Assembly: GCA_050950505.1 (NCBI GenBank)
Contig: JBMNHS010000001.1
Coordinates: 576,001 to 640,000, forward strand
DNA length: 64,000 bases
Source of the DNA: Candidatus Methanomethylophilaceae archaeon
GTDB lineage: Archaea > Thermoplasmatota > Thermoplasmata > Methanomassiliicoccales > Methanomethylophilaceae
Direction: 5' to 3'
The position numbers and the translations under genes were made by a program. The notes below the pieces were generated by a model. It worked only from the letters and a program-made list of their open reading frames with translations, ran no database searches and had not been told where the DNA came from. Shown here piece after piece: positions 30,373 through 39,478 of this stretch (position 1 is the stretch's first letter; every line of letters starts with the position of its first letter).

Positions 30373-31371
30373 ATGAAAAAAGAAATCTGGGTCAGAGCGG
30401 ATCTTCCCGACTCCAAAGAAAAGAGAAAGGAAATTCTGATCAATGCCGTGGAGTCCGGAATAACCTCCGCCATTGTACGTCCGGAAGACGACGATATGGC
30501 ATCCCTCGGCAAAATCAAATTTGTCAGTATCGGCGATGATGTCAGATTTGTGGACATAACGTCTCCGAAGGACCAGGAATACGCCATGAATCTTGCGGGA
30601 AAATGTTCCGTTCTGATTCTGTCGTCCAAAGACTGGACGATAATCCCTCTGGAAAACCTCATAGCGAAATTCACCGGAACCGGAACGAGACTGTTCGCCG
30701 TCGCATCCGATGTGGAAAACGCCAGGCTGTATCTCAAAACCATGGAGAAAGGTGTTGACGGAATCGTGATATCCGTATCCGATCCCGGAGAGGTGAGAAA
30801 ATTTTCGGATCTGATGTCCGAATCTTCGGAAGTGGGTTTATCGGAGGTGGAAATCACGGGAATAAGGAACATAGAAATGGGCGACAGGGTCTGCGTGGAT
30901 TCCGTCAGCATGATGGTTCCGGGCGAAGGCATGCTCATAGGTTCTCAGTCCGACTGTCTCTTCCTGGTACAATCCGAAAGTGAGGACAGCGGATATGTGG
31001 CGCCCCGTCCGTTCAGAGTGAATGCCGGCGCCGTGCACGCGTACATCATGGTTCCGGAAGGCAAAACCCGTTATCTGGGGGAACTGAAATCCGGTGAACC
31101 GATTTCCATAGTGGACCGAAACGGAAAGACCAAAACGACGTCAGTGGGAAGATGCAAAATCGAAATCAGACCCATGACGTTGGTCGAAGCCACCGATGGA
31201 AAACGGACATACTCCACGATTCTTCAGAACGCCGAAACCGTCAAACTTGTAACGGAAAACGGGGCAATATCCGTGACGGACCTGAAAATCGGGGACAAGG
31301 TATTGGTCAGACTGGAAGAGGGCGGAAGACATTTCGGCATGAAGGTCGAGGAAACCTATACGGAGATATGA
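30373..31371 (+). CDS. 3-dehydroquinate synthase II (AroB')
   Basis: DWTIIPLENLIA, GDRVCVD, RPFRVNAGAVHAY, LQNAET, GRHFG. Confidence 0.94.
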   Translation: MKKEIWVRADLPDSKEKRKEILINAVESGITSAIVRPEDDDMASLGKIKFVSIGDDVRFVDITSPKDQEYAMNLAGKCSVLILSSKDWTIIPLENLIAKFTGTGTRLFAVASDVENARLYLKTMEKGVDGIVISVSDPGEVRKFSDLMSESSEVGLSEVEITGIRNIEMGDRVCVDSVSMMVPGEGMLIGSQSDCLFLVQSESEDSGYVAPRPFRVNAGAVHAYIMVPEGKTRYLGELKSGEPISIVDRNGKTKTTSVGRCKIEIRPMTLVEATDGKRTYSTILQNAETVKLVTENGAISVTDLKIGDKVLVRLEEGGRHFGMKVEETYTEI

Positions 31372-31372
31372 G

Positions 31373-32677
31373 ATGAAGATCTGCGCCTCTCTCAGCAGAA
31401 TGTCGGATCTTACCAAAGCGATGGAAGCCGACATGATCGAGATAAGGCTGGATCTCGTTGACCGCGTCCCCGATACCGGGGGCAAAGAGACAATCATAAC
31501 CTTCAGGGATAAATTTGACGTATCGGCGATTCCAAAAAATTTTACCGGATTGATCGACATAGGGGAAGAGCGAATTCCCGACGTCCCGTACAGAACAATT
31601 TCTTCCGTCCACGATTATGAAAACACGCCTTCTTCGGAGACCATCGCGGAAACGCTGAATTCGATGACCGCCGACGTTTCCAAAGGAGCTTACACTGTGA
31701 AGGATTTCAAAAATCTTTACGACATTCTGGAAGCTTCGAAGAAAGTAATCGGGAACCGTGTGATTCTGGGTATGGGTGAAATGGGCGAAATCACAAGAAT
31801 CCGTCAGAATGTTCTGGGAAACGAGTTTACTTTTGCATACGTCGGAGAGCCCACCGCCCCCGGACAACTGAGTCTTGATGAAATGAGAGCCCTGGACGAA
31901 GACAGCATAATAACGGGATTGGCGGGAAATCCTCTGGATAAATCGAAATCCGCAGAAATGCACAATGCCGCATTCCTGGAAAGCGGGATTTCCGGAAGAT
32001 TCCTTAAATTTCCCTCTCCCTCTTTGGAATTCATCGGGGAGTGTATTCGGGGATACGGCATACGCGGAATGAACGTTACGATACCGTACAAAGAATCTAT
32101 AATCCCCTATTTGGACGAAATAGACGGAACCGCGGAATCCGTCGGGGCCGTGAACACAATCGTAAACGATAACGGTGTGCTGAAAGGTTACAACACCGAC
32201 GTGGACGGTGTTGATGCGGCATTCAAAAACGCAGATTTCGAAACGAAAGGAAAAAGGATATTGGTGATGGGCTCCGGAGGGGCTTCCCGGGCCTGCATCG
32301 TGGCATCCCTGAACAACAATGCAACGGTAACCGTGACGGGAAGGAACAAAGACGCCGTCAAACGATTGTCTTCCGCATTCGGTACCGAAACCATGACGGA
32401 ACACGAGCCATTGTCAAACTTTGACGCAATCGTCAACGCCACGCCGGTAGGAATGTACGGAACCGGGGAATATCCGGTAAATCTGAACGATTTGGACGTA
32501 AACCATACTGTTTTCGACATGGTCTACGGCATCGAAACCCTTCTTGTGTCGAAAGCGAAAAATCTCGGTTGCAAAATAGCCACGGGGGAAGACATGCTGG
32601 CGATGCAGGGCGCCCGGGCCTTCGAATTGTGGACCGGCGTGAGCGGGATGTTTGGCACAATGCGCTCCTGTCTCTGA
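31373..32677 (+). CDS. aroE: Fused type I dehydroquinate dehydratase / shikimate dehydrogenase
   Basis: IEIRLD, SSVHD, MG..G..TR, APGQ, then SKS..MHN, NVTIPYK, GAVNT, NTD, GSGGA, NATPVG. Confidence 0.9.
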   Translation: MKICASLSRMSDLTKAMEADMIEIRLDLVDRVPDTGGKETIITFRDKFDVSAIPKNFTGLIDIGEERIPDVPYRTISSVHDYENTPSSETIAETLNSMTADVSKGAYTVKDFKNLYDILEASKKVIGNRVILGMGEMGEITRIRQNVLGNEFTFAYVGEPTAPGQLSLDEMRALDEDSIITGLAGNPLDKSKSAEMHNAAFLESGISGRFLKFPSPSLEFIGECIRGYGIRGMNVTIPYKESIIPYLDEIDGTAESVGAVNTIVNDNGVLKGYNTDVDGVDAAFKNADFETKGKRILVMGSGGASRACIVASLNNNATVTVTGRNKDAVKRLSSAFGTETMTEHEPLSNFDAIVNATPVGMYGTGEYPVNLNDLDVNHTVFDMVYGIETLLVSKAKNLGCKIATGEDMLAMQGARAFELWTGVSGMFGTMRSCL

Positions 32678-32770
32678 CCCGTCATCCGGCAACACATCAA
32701 ATGACGTATTTCATTGTTCGGTCATTCAGCAAAATATATACGATATCGGAATATCGTGGATTCGGTTACC

Positions 32771-33565
32771 ATGATATTCGGTAAGAATGTTAGAATGGAG
32801 AGGATAATGGACCGTACCTCGGGCAACTGTGTCATAGTGCCCATGGATCACGGAATATCCATCGGACCCACCGACGGCCTCTACGATATGAAGCAAACCG
32901 TGGATGCAGTGGCCAACGGAGGTGCCACGGCAGTAGTCATGCACAAAGGAGTCGTACGCTTCAGCCACCGTGCCGGGGGCAAGGACATAGGTTTGATTCT
33001 GCACCTGTCCGCTTCTACCGACATGGGCAAAACAAGCAACAGCAAGGTTTTGGTCGCTACTGTCGAGGAAGCTCTCAAGATGGGTGCGGACGCGGTTTCC
33101 ATGCATGTGAACATAGGGGCAGAAACGGAACCCGACATGCTGAGCGATCTGGGTATGGTTTCCGATGAATGCCAGGAATGGGGAGTGCCTCTTCTTGTTA
33201 TGGCCTATCCCCGCGGACCCGGCATTGACAATCCTTTGGACCCCCAGCTTGTCGCTCACAGTGCCAGAGTGGCCACCGAGATAGGCGCCGACATCGTAAA
33301 ATGCAGTTATACCGGAGACGTCGACTCATTCCGCGAAGTTGTCCGCGGAACTTTGGCTCCCGTTGTCATAGCCGGCGGTCCCAAGATCGGTTCCGACGCG
33401 GAAATGCTCAAGATGGTCAAAGACTCCCTGGAAGCCGGCGGTCGCGGTGTATCGATAGGCAGGAATATATTCCAGCATGAAAACGTTGAAGCAATCACCC
33501 GTGCGGTATCCGACATCGTACTCAAGGGCCGCGAAGTGGAAGACGTCCTGAAATATTTGGAATAA
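32771..33565 (+). CDS. 2-amino-3,7-dideoxy-D-threo-hept-6-ulosonate synthase (AroA', class I aldolase)
   Basis: PMDHG, HKG, HLSAST, AYPRG, GADIVK..YTG, AGGPK, GRNIFQ; next to aroB'. Confidence 0.88.
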   Translation: MIFGKNVRMERIMDRTSGNCVIVPMDHGISIGPTDGLYDMKQTVDAVANGGATAVVMHKGVVRFSHRAGGKDIGLILHLSASTDMGKTSNSKVLVATVEEALKMGADAVSMHVNIGAETEPDMLSDLGMVSDECQEWGVPLLVMAYPRGPGIDNPLDPQLVAHSARVATEIGADIVKCSYTGDVDSFREVVRGTLAPVVIAGGPKIGSDAEMLKMVKDSLEAGGRGVSIGRNIFQHENVEAITRAVSDIVLKGREVEDVLKYLE

Positions 33566-33570
33566 TTTCT

Positions 33571-34641
33571 TTACTTCTTTCCCCGGCGTTTTTTTCCGCC
33601 CGGGGATTTCTTCTTCTTCGGCGGGTCCGGATATCTTTTTTTGATGTCCGCCACCCGGTTTTCGAATTCTTCTTTCAGAATGTCTCCCCGGTATTCGCCC
33701 TCAAAGAAATCGATTTTGGCGGCAGTAAGGGTCTTTCCGGCCAGAGATCGGGATATCTTACCTCTTTGCCAGTAGGGGGCCCTGTGCACCGCGGGGTGTT
33801 GGTACAGCACCCCGTGTTTCGGAGGGCGTTTTCCGGAACGGAGGTGTCTGAACATCGCCTTCTCCGCGCCGAGCAACTGAACGGTGGATGAAGGCAGAGA
33901 CGACAATCTCTCCAATCCTCCCGATAAGGAAATCAGTCTTGCTGCCAACGCCCCGCCCAAAAGTTCGCACATGTTGGGGCAGGTTTCCCTGACGATAGAT
34001 TCGATGTACTCTTCCGTCCGTTCCCGTTCGTCGTACATCATCGAAAGATTCTTGGCCAGCAAAATGACGGAGTTCATATCCGCCGAATCGAAATCCGCAC
34101 CCATGGACTCTATGCCCAAATCCAATTTTTTGATGATTCCTCCCCTTTCGCCGTGCTCGGCGATGAGATCGGAGTAGTTTCTGTCCTTTGCAACATCCGA
34201 CAGTTCCGGGAAGTGCATCCCGTACCATTCATGGAGTCTTTCATCAATCAGGTTGCAGGTCTCGTGGAGATTGTCCAGGTACCGTATGGCCTGAACCAGG
34301 TTTCTGTCCCTCGGAACGGGTTCGGAAGTTCGCAGTTTTCCCAGACGGATCATGACGTCATGCATGATTTCGGGAGTGAATCCGTAATCCTCCGGTCTTA
34401 TAAACGAAGAATCATACATTTCCGGACGTCCCAGTTCCGACTGTCTTCTTTCGGAAACCGAAACCTTTCCGGCTTTGGAAACCAAATCCTTTTCTTCCTG
34501 GATCACGCCGCCCTTCTGAATCAGGGCGAGTTTCTGTGCGGTTTCTTCCGGATCGGAAGTCATCAGAATTTTGTCGATTATTCTGTTGCTTTTTTCATCG
34601 CAAAGAAACACTCCGAACCATTTCGTGACCAGGATTGCCAT
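33571..34641 (-). CDS. nop5: Box C/D sRNP protein Nop5/Nop56
   Basis: EWYG.HFPEL, STVQLLGAEKA.FRH, PPKHG, RGKISR; K-rich tail. Confidence 0.93.
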   Translation of the reverse strand: MAILVTKWFGVFLCDEKSNRIIDKILMTSDPEETAQKLALIQKGGVIQEEKDLVSKAGKVSVSERRQSELGRPEMYDSSFIRPEDYGFTPEIMHDVMIRLGKLRTSEPVPRDRNLVQAIRYLDNLHETCNLIDERLHEWYGMHFPELSDVAKDRNYSDLIAEHGERGGIIKKLDLGIESMGADFDSADMNSVILLAKNLSMMYDERERTEEYIESIVRETCPNMCELLGGALAARLISLSGGLERLSSLPSSTVQLLGAEKAMFRHLRSGKRPPKHGVLYQHPAVHRAPYWQRGKISRSLAGKTLTAAKIDFFEGEYRGDILKEEFENRVADIKKRYPDPPKKKKSPGGKKRRGKK

Positions 34642-34647
34642 GACAAA

Positions 34648-35253
34648 TCACATCCGGATGAGTTTTTCGACTTCGGACCAAGGCAAAGAACTGGCTCTTC
34701 CGGTTATCGTCTGCAACTTGGCCTGGAACTCCATTTCTTCCATTCTGTTGAAAGCTTCCTCGATCGAGCGGCCCTGGGTTATCGCGCCGTGACGCGCCAT
34801 CAGCATGGCCTTCGATTCATGGTTGGCGATAATCGCCGCGACGAGTTCTTCGGATCCCGGTGTGTGATAAGGAATCAGAGGAACGTCTCCGAGAAGCATG
34901 ACGCCTTCGGGCGTCAGGTCCGTTCTCAGTTTTCTGTTTTTTGTCGCAACCGCTGTACAGTACAGGGGGTGACAGTGCACCACTGCCTTGGTTTCCGGAT
35001 TGAGGTTGTACAATGCCAGATGTATGCCGGTTTCGATAGAGGGCGTCCCTCCGGAAATGACATCGCCGTCGGTACCGACAAGAACCAAGTCTTCCGGTTT
35101 CAGAAGACCTTTGTTTCTCCCGCTGGGTGTTATGAGGATTTCACTGTCCCCGATCATCATGCTCATATTGCCGCCGGCGGAGAACGTCAATTCCCTGTCG
35201 TACAGCATATTGCAGAATTCGACCAAAACTTCCCGTGCATAATTTTCGTTCAT
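34648..35253 (-). CDS. Class II aldolase/adducin family protein (FucA/MtnB-like)
   Basis: GGN.S, ITPSG, PSIE..IH, VVHCHP, RHG. Confidence 0.88.
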   Translation of the reverse strand: MNENYAREVLVEFCNMLYDRELTFSAGGNMSMMIGDSEILITPSGRNKGLLKPEDLVLVGTDGDVISGGTPSIETGIHLALYNLNPETKAVVHCHPLYCTAVATKNRKLRTDLTPEGVMLLGDVPLIPYHTPGSEELVAAIIANHESKAMLMARHGAITQGRSIEEAFNRMEEMEFQAKLQTITGRASSLPWSEVEKLIRM

Positions 35254-36248
35254 TCCATCACCTTGGATATTTCATCGGGAGCGAATATACCCTTCTCGGT
35301 TATGAACCCTTTAACCAAATCGGCAGGAGTCACATCAAAAGCGGGATTCAGAGCCTTGCTTCCTACAGGAGCAATCCTGATTCCGTTCATTTCCGTGATT
35401 TCGGTTTCATCTCTGTGTTCGATTACGATTTCATCCCCCGTTTCGGCGGAAAAGTCAAAGGTGGATACGGGAGCCGCAACGTAAAACGGAATTCCGTAAT
35501 GCTTTGCGGATATGGCTTTGTCCAAAGTTCCTATTTTATTTGCAAAATCACCGTTGGACACTATTCTGTCCGCACCGGTGATTATCAAATCCACGCCTTT
35601 CGACATGTAATGGGAGGAAGCGCCATCGGGAATTATCGCATGGTCTATGCCTTCCTGAACAAGTTCCCAGGCCGTCAGTTGCATTCCCTGAAGACGTGGA
35701 CGGGTTTCCGAAACGTAAACAAAGAAATTTTTACCTTTGTCTCTTGCCGCGCGCATGGGTGCCAAGGCCGTTCCCACGTCGACAGTGGCCAAAGCGCCCG
35801 CGTTGCAGTGGGTCATCACTTTCGAACCGTCCTTTATAAGAGGCTCCCCGTATTTCCCTATCGCGAGACACTTATCAATCATGGACTGTGCATAAGCATC
35901 CGAAGCGGCAACGGGATCATCGCCGTCTTCGAGAGAAACAATCATGCTGTCCACTGCGTAGAACAAATCATTGGCGGTGGGTCTTGCAGATTTTATCACT
36001 TCTCCCGCTGTTTTTACATCTTCTCCCGCTTCTGCCGCCAGACACATGCCGTAAGCTGCGGCGGCACCTATCGAAGGAGCCCCTCTCACGGTCATGTTCC
36101 TGATGCTTTCAGCAACGTCTCTGTAATTATCAAAAGATACGAATTCTATGTTACCGGGCAGTTTTCTCTGATCGATCATGAAGACCTTTCCGTCTTCGTA
36201 CCAGACGGCCTTTATATCTTCTGTCCCGGAAAGACAATTCACTTTCAT
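35250..36248 (-). CDS. mtnA: Methylthioribose-1-phosphate isomerase
   Basis: IDQRKLP, VRGAP.IG, ARPTA, THCNAG.LAT, ETRP..QG, GADR, ANKIGT, NPAFDVTP. Confidence 0.93.
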   Translation of the reverse strand: MKVNCLSGTEDIKAVWYEDGKVFMIDQRKLPGNIEFVSFDNYRDVAESIRNMTVRGAPSIGAAAAYGMCLAAEAGEDVKTAGEVIKSARPTANDLFYAVDSMIVSLEDGDDPVAASDAYAQSMIDKCLAIGKYGEPLIKDGSKVMTHCNAGALATVDVGTALAPMRAARDKGKNFFVYVSETRPRLQGMQLTAWELVQEGIDHAIIPDGASSHYMSKGVDLIITGADRIVSNGDFANKIGTLDKAISAKHYGIPFYVAAPVSTFDFSAETGDEIVIEHRDETEITEMNGIRIAPVGSKALNPAFDVTPADLVKGFITEKGIFAPDEISKVME

Positions 36249-36356
36249 GTTACCACTGCCGACACATGTCCTGACTATGTTAAATCTGTTGCTGGTATGA
36301 TTCCGGACAACAACCACCAGAAATAAATTATTAGATGAGAGAACATACCGTAAACG

Positions 36357-37100
36357 ATGACAGAGAATAACACAAATGATTTCGTACTGTACTATACAGA
36401 GAAGGGCCTGATTCACGTTTCCAATGAAGTACGCATACAGATTCTGGATGAGCTTACCGAGAGAAGCCTGTCGTTGACCGATCTTGTGAAAATCACAGGC
36501 AAAGCACAATCAACGCTTTCCGTTCATCTGGACAAAATGATGAAAGACGGCATCATCGATGTCAAAGAGGACCCTGAAGACAGCCGCAGAAAAACATACA
36601 GTATCGTTTCTCTCTGTCTTGTGCGCACGACGAAACCCGATCCCGAATCCTTTGAGAAAGCAAAAGAACTTTTCAATGAAATATCCGACGATCCGAAAAG
36701 CGTAGGGGCTCACATGACAAGTCTCATAGTTTTGTCCTTGGATTACCTGGGATTGTCGGTTATGCCTTTGGCCGAAACTCTGGGCAAGATTCACGCCCAG
36801 GTGTTGCATGAGAGCATGACGAAAGGTCCGGTGGACGACGTGATCGACAATCTCATCGACATGTACTCTTACGCCAACTTGGGAGAAGTCACGGTATTCA
36901 AACGCAACCCGTTGACACTTGTCGTAAAATCCGATATGAGAGTAAGCAAAGGCGCGGCAAAGTCCTTCGGTATGTACGCCAGAGGTTTCTTTATCCAGGC
37001 CCTGAACATAATATACGGAGTGGAAGCGGAAGTCCCCCGTTGGGAAGTTTTCGGTGCCGACAACAATTATTACAAATTCGAATTGGACGTCAGGCAGTGA
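36357..37100 (+). CDS. ArsR-type HTH plus V4R-like domain transcriptional regulator
   Basis: R..IL..L, KAQSTLSVHL..M...G, D.R.K.Y; C-terminal V4R-like pattern. Confidence 0.78.
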   Translation: MTENNTNDFVLYYTEKGLIHVSNEVRIQILDELTERSLSLTDLVKITGKAQSTLSVHLDKMMKDGIIDVKEDPEDSRRKTYSIVSLCLVRTTKPDPESFEKAKELFNEISDDPKSVGAHMTSLIVLSLDYLGLSVMPLAETLGKIHAQVLHESMTKGPVDDVIDNLIDMYSYANLGEVTVFKRNPLTLVVKSDMRVSKGAAKSFGMYARGFFIQALNIIYGVEAEVPRWEVFGADNNYYKFELDVRQ

Positions 37101-37103
37101 AAT

Positions 37104-37733
37104 TCACCTGAGGACGGCAAATTCCAAAAGCACGCCGTCCCCCAATTTTTCAAAATTAATCAGTTCAAGTTTTATTCCGTTGTCGGCCGACAGGCCGTCG
37201 CCGTCCACAGGTGTCGGGGCATCCCTTCCGCCGATGATGAGACTTCCCACGAACACCGAGTAACGGTCAACCAGTCCCGCATTGAAAAAATGCGAAATGG
37301 TTTCCCCTCCGCCCTCTACCATCAATTTTTTGATGCCCTCGGAATACAGACGGCCCACAAGGTCCTCCAAATTTATGGTGCACTTTCCCGTGCGCATGAC
37401 CGTCGCGCCTTTCCAGGTTTTTTCGCAAGTTTCCAAAGTGACGATGACGGTGGGTGCCCGGTCATCCAAAACCAAAGCGTCTTCAGGAGTCCTCCCGTGG
37501 GGATCCAAAACGATTCTGACGGGATTTTCATCATAACCGAGACCTTTGACCGTAAGATGAGGGTCGTCGGAGACGACGGTTCCGACACCCACCAGGATTC
37601 CGTCGTTGTCCCGTCTCATCCTTTTGACCCTGTCTTTGTCTTCGCGGGAGGATATGGAAATCTGAGTTCTGTCTTTTCCGGCGATTTTTCCGTCAGCCGA
37701 CATTGCACAGTTAACTTGAATGAACGGTCTCAT
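37104..37733 (-). CDS. 2,5-diamino-6-ribosylamino-pyrimidinone 5'-phosphate reductase (RibD C-terminal/ArfC)
   Basis: AMSADGKIA, VG.GTV..DDP.LTV, MVEGGG, LVD. Confidence 0.9.
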   Translation of the reverse strand: MRPFIQVNCAMSADGKIAGKDRTQISISSREDKDRVKRMRRDNDGILVGVGTVVSDDPHLTVKGLGYDENPVRIVLDPHGRTPEDALVLDDRAPTVIVTLETCEKTWKGATVMRTGKCTINLEDLVGRLYSEGIKKLMVEGGGETISHFFNAGLVDRYSVFVGSLIIGGRDAPTPVDGDGLSADNGIKLELINFEKLGDGVLLEFAVLR

Positions 37734-38760
37734 TTGTAGTCCCCGGATTTACGCTGAAATGATACCCGTCATCTTTGCGTTCGACACCGAACCTCACGTC
37801 CAGAAACGTTTCCAACGTGTCCATTTGACTGAGAAGGTGTCTGCTGATGTTGGAAACCTTGAAAGCGCTTTTGCCCTCGGCCATGGCCATGTACGGCAAA
37901 AGTTGGTCTGCGGTGTGCACATCGATGGTGGAACCGCTTGTCATTTCTTCAATCAAATCCCTGGCGGCATCCTCGCCGGTCTTTTCCGCCGAGTATTCCC
38001 GGGTGGTCAATCCGTTGCTTCCGAGTTTTCCGTTTTCGAAATCGGCAACAAGGGATATTCCGGCCCCCCGGGAATTTCCCTGGGACGTCTGAATGTCAAT
38101 TTCTGCGTCCGCATAAGGTTTCATGACTTTGACGCAGGACCGGACGATGTCCCGGCCTATTCTGTCGGACAGATTCTGAGTGAAACAAATTCCTCGGACT
38201 GCAACAAGATCCCCAAGTTCCGAAAGATCCAGAGGTTTGATTGTCTTAATCGGTTTCTGTGTTGCAATGACATGACCGCCTCCGCGGGGATAGAATCCTC
38301 TTTCCAGGATTTCGGCTTCGGTTTCGATTCCCATCCTGCCCATCAACGGGTACAGAATCTGTTGATAGCTGTCGATCGGCGGAGCCCAAAGGACGTTGGT
38401 GCCTCCCCGGATATCCACGGTAAGTCCGTTTTCATGATTGCGCGCGGCAAGCATAAGTGCCTGCAAAACAAGAGAAATGCTTCCTGCGGTGCCTATGTTC
38501 AGTTCAATATGATTGTTCTGTTCGGTTCCGGGGCGGAACATAAGTTCGGAAGAACCGGTGAAATTACCCTCAACCTGCGAACCGGTTATTTCGGCGACGG
38601 CACCGACAGCGGCACAATGCTGTCTAGACAATCCGTTCGTGGGCCGGTTTTCTCTTATTCGGGTAAGGTGTGTGGGCATGCCTGTCAGGACCGAAAGAGC
38701 CACGGATGTGCGGACCATCTGTCCTCCGCCTTCTCCCCTAGAACTATCGATCTCCAACAT
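37711..38760 (-). CDS. rtcA: RNA 3'-terminal phosphate cyclase
   Basis: GEGGGQMVR, IR.NRP..GL..QH, GS..L..Q, GGT, RGFYP.GGG, D.H.ADQL. Confidence 0.93.
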   Translation of the reverse strand: MLEIDSSRGEGGGQMVRTSVALSVLTGMPTHLTRIRENRPTNGLSRQHCAAVGAVAEITGSQVEGNFTGSSELMFRPGTEQNNHIELNIGTAGSISLVLQALMLAARNHENGLTVDIRGGTNVLWAPPIDSYQQILYPLMGRMGIETEAEILERGFYPRGGGHVIATQKPIKTIKPLDLSELGDLVAVRGICFTQNLSDRIGRDIVRSCVKVMKPYADAEIDIQTSQGNSRGAGISLVADFENGKLGSNGLTTREYSAEKTGEDAARDLIEEMTSGSTIDVHTADQLLPYMAMAEGKSAFKVSNISRHLLSQMDTLETFLDVRFGVERKDDGYHFSVNPGTTNETVHSS

Positions 38761-38822
38761 AATAATCAGAAGTGTATGTTGAGTGGTCGATATAGATTTA
38801 ACCCTGCGGGTGAGTTCATAAG

Positions 38823-38894
38823 TGCGACCGCCGGGATTCGAACCCGGGTCGGAGGCTTGGGAAGCCCCTATCCTAACCACTGGACTACGATCGC
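38823..38894 (-). tRNA. tRNA-Gly(CCC)
   Basis: Cloverleaf GCGATCG...GGGGC-TT-CCC-AA-GCCTC...TTCGAAT...CGGTCGC-A; no encoded CCA, no intron. Confidence 0.93.
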
Positions 38895-38981
38895 GCAATA
38901 GGGGGTAAACGTTCGGTTCTATTAAAGATAAGGGTGTCTTTCCGCGTTGTTTTAATACTACCGCAGTGTTGCATGTCGCAC

Positions 38982-39057
38982 GGGCCCGTGGTCTAGTGGT
39001 TATGACGTCGCCCTTACAAGGCGAAGATCGTTGGTTCAATCCCGACCGGGCCCACCA
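38982..39057 (+). tRNA. tRNA-Val(TAC)
   Basis: GGGCCCG...TCGCC-CT-TAC-AA-GGCGA...CGGGCCC-A-CCA. Confidence 0.94.
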
Positions 39058-39099
39058 CGTTGTTTCTGGACGTCTTCGAATCTTTGCATCTGTTCTAAA

Positions 39100-39120
39100 A
39101 TGGATGGATGACATCTCCAT
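39100..39120. repeat. 21-bp palindromic motif, copy 1
   Basis: ATGGATGGATGACATCTCCAT. Confidence 0.85.
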
Positions 39121-39222
39121 ATGCGGAGATTTATCGATTTTCGCTTGAATTTCGCGATTTTTATCATCAGATTTTTCAGGATATTTTCTGCGTGTACAAT
39201 ACAATTATATATTAAGTGATAG

Positions 39223-39243
39223 ATGGATGGATGATATGTCCAT
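39223..39243. repeat. 21-bp palindromic motif, copy 2
   Basis: ATGGATGGATGATATGTCCAT, 10 nt after TTATATAT. Confidence 0.85.
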
Positions 39244-39310
39244 GAATAGGGCATAGCCGGGAGCCAACTGTTTCGGTTTCTCCTCCTTCCGACTCCCGGT
39301 TAAATCTTTA
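39236..39310 (+). ncRNA. Putative small RNA 1 (ends approximate)
   Basis: TATA at 39205-39212; stem 39254-39263/39293-39302; CU-rich loop; T-rich downstream. Confidence 0.4.
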
Positions 39311-39369
39311 TCATGTTTATTTTGACGCGATTTGAACTGTCAGTTTAAAAACTTATAAATAGTCAGAAA

Positions 39370-39390
39370 ATGGATGGATGATACGTCCAT
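39370..39390. repeat. 21-bp palindromic motif, copy 3
   Basis: ATGGATGGATGATACGTCCAT, 9 nt after TTATAAAT. Confidence 0.85.
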
Positions 39391-39478
39391 AAAAGATGCC
39401 GCCGAGGATATATCGCTCACCAAATTTCTACTCTTAACCCTCGGCGGCTGTATATTGGGCGAAGGCAATGAATTTTTT
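39384..39478 (+). ncRNA. Putative small RNA 2 (ends approximate)
   Basis: TATA at 39353-39360; perfect stem GCCGCCGAGG/CCTCGGCGGC (39398-39407/39439-39448); T6 tract near 39473. Confidence 0.4.

Noticed and set aside
36249-36509. N-terminal extension of the mtnA ORF
   Set aside because: It overlaps the divergent regulator; homology starts near 36248
38761-39204. N-terminal extension of the rtcA ORF in the track
   Set aside because: It runs across two tRNA genes; RtcA homology starts at 38760
39100-39390. CRISPR array interpretation of the 21-bp repeats
   Set aside because: Only three imperfect copies, with intervening segments of 102 and 126 nt containing TATA boxes; no cas genes in the window
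39223-39450. Box C/D guide RNAs (GGATGA resembles box C)
   Set aside because: No matching CTGA box D at a suitable distance on the plus strand
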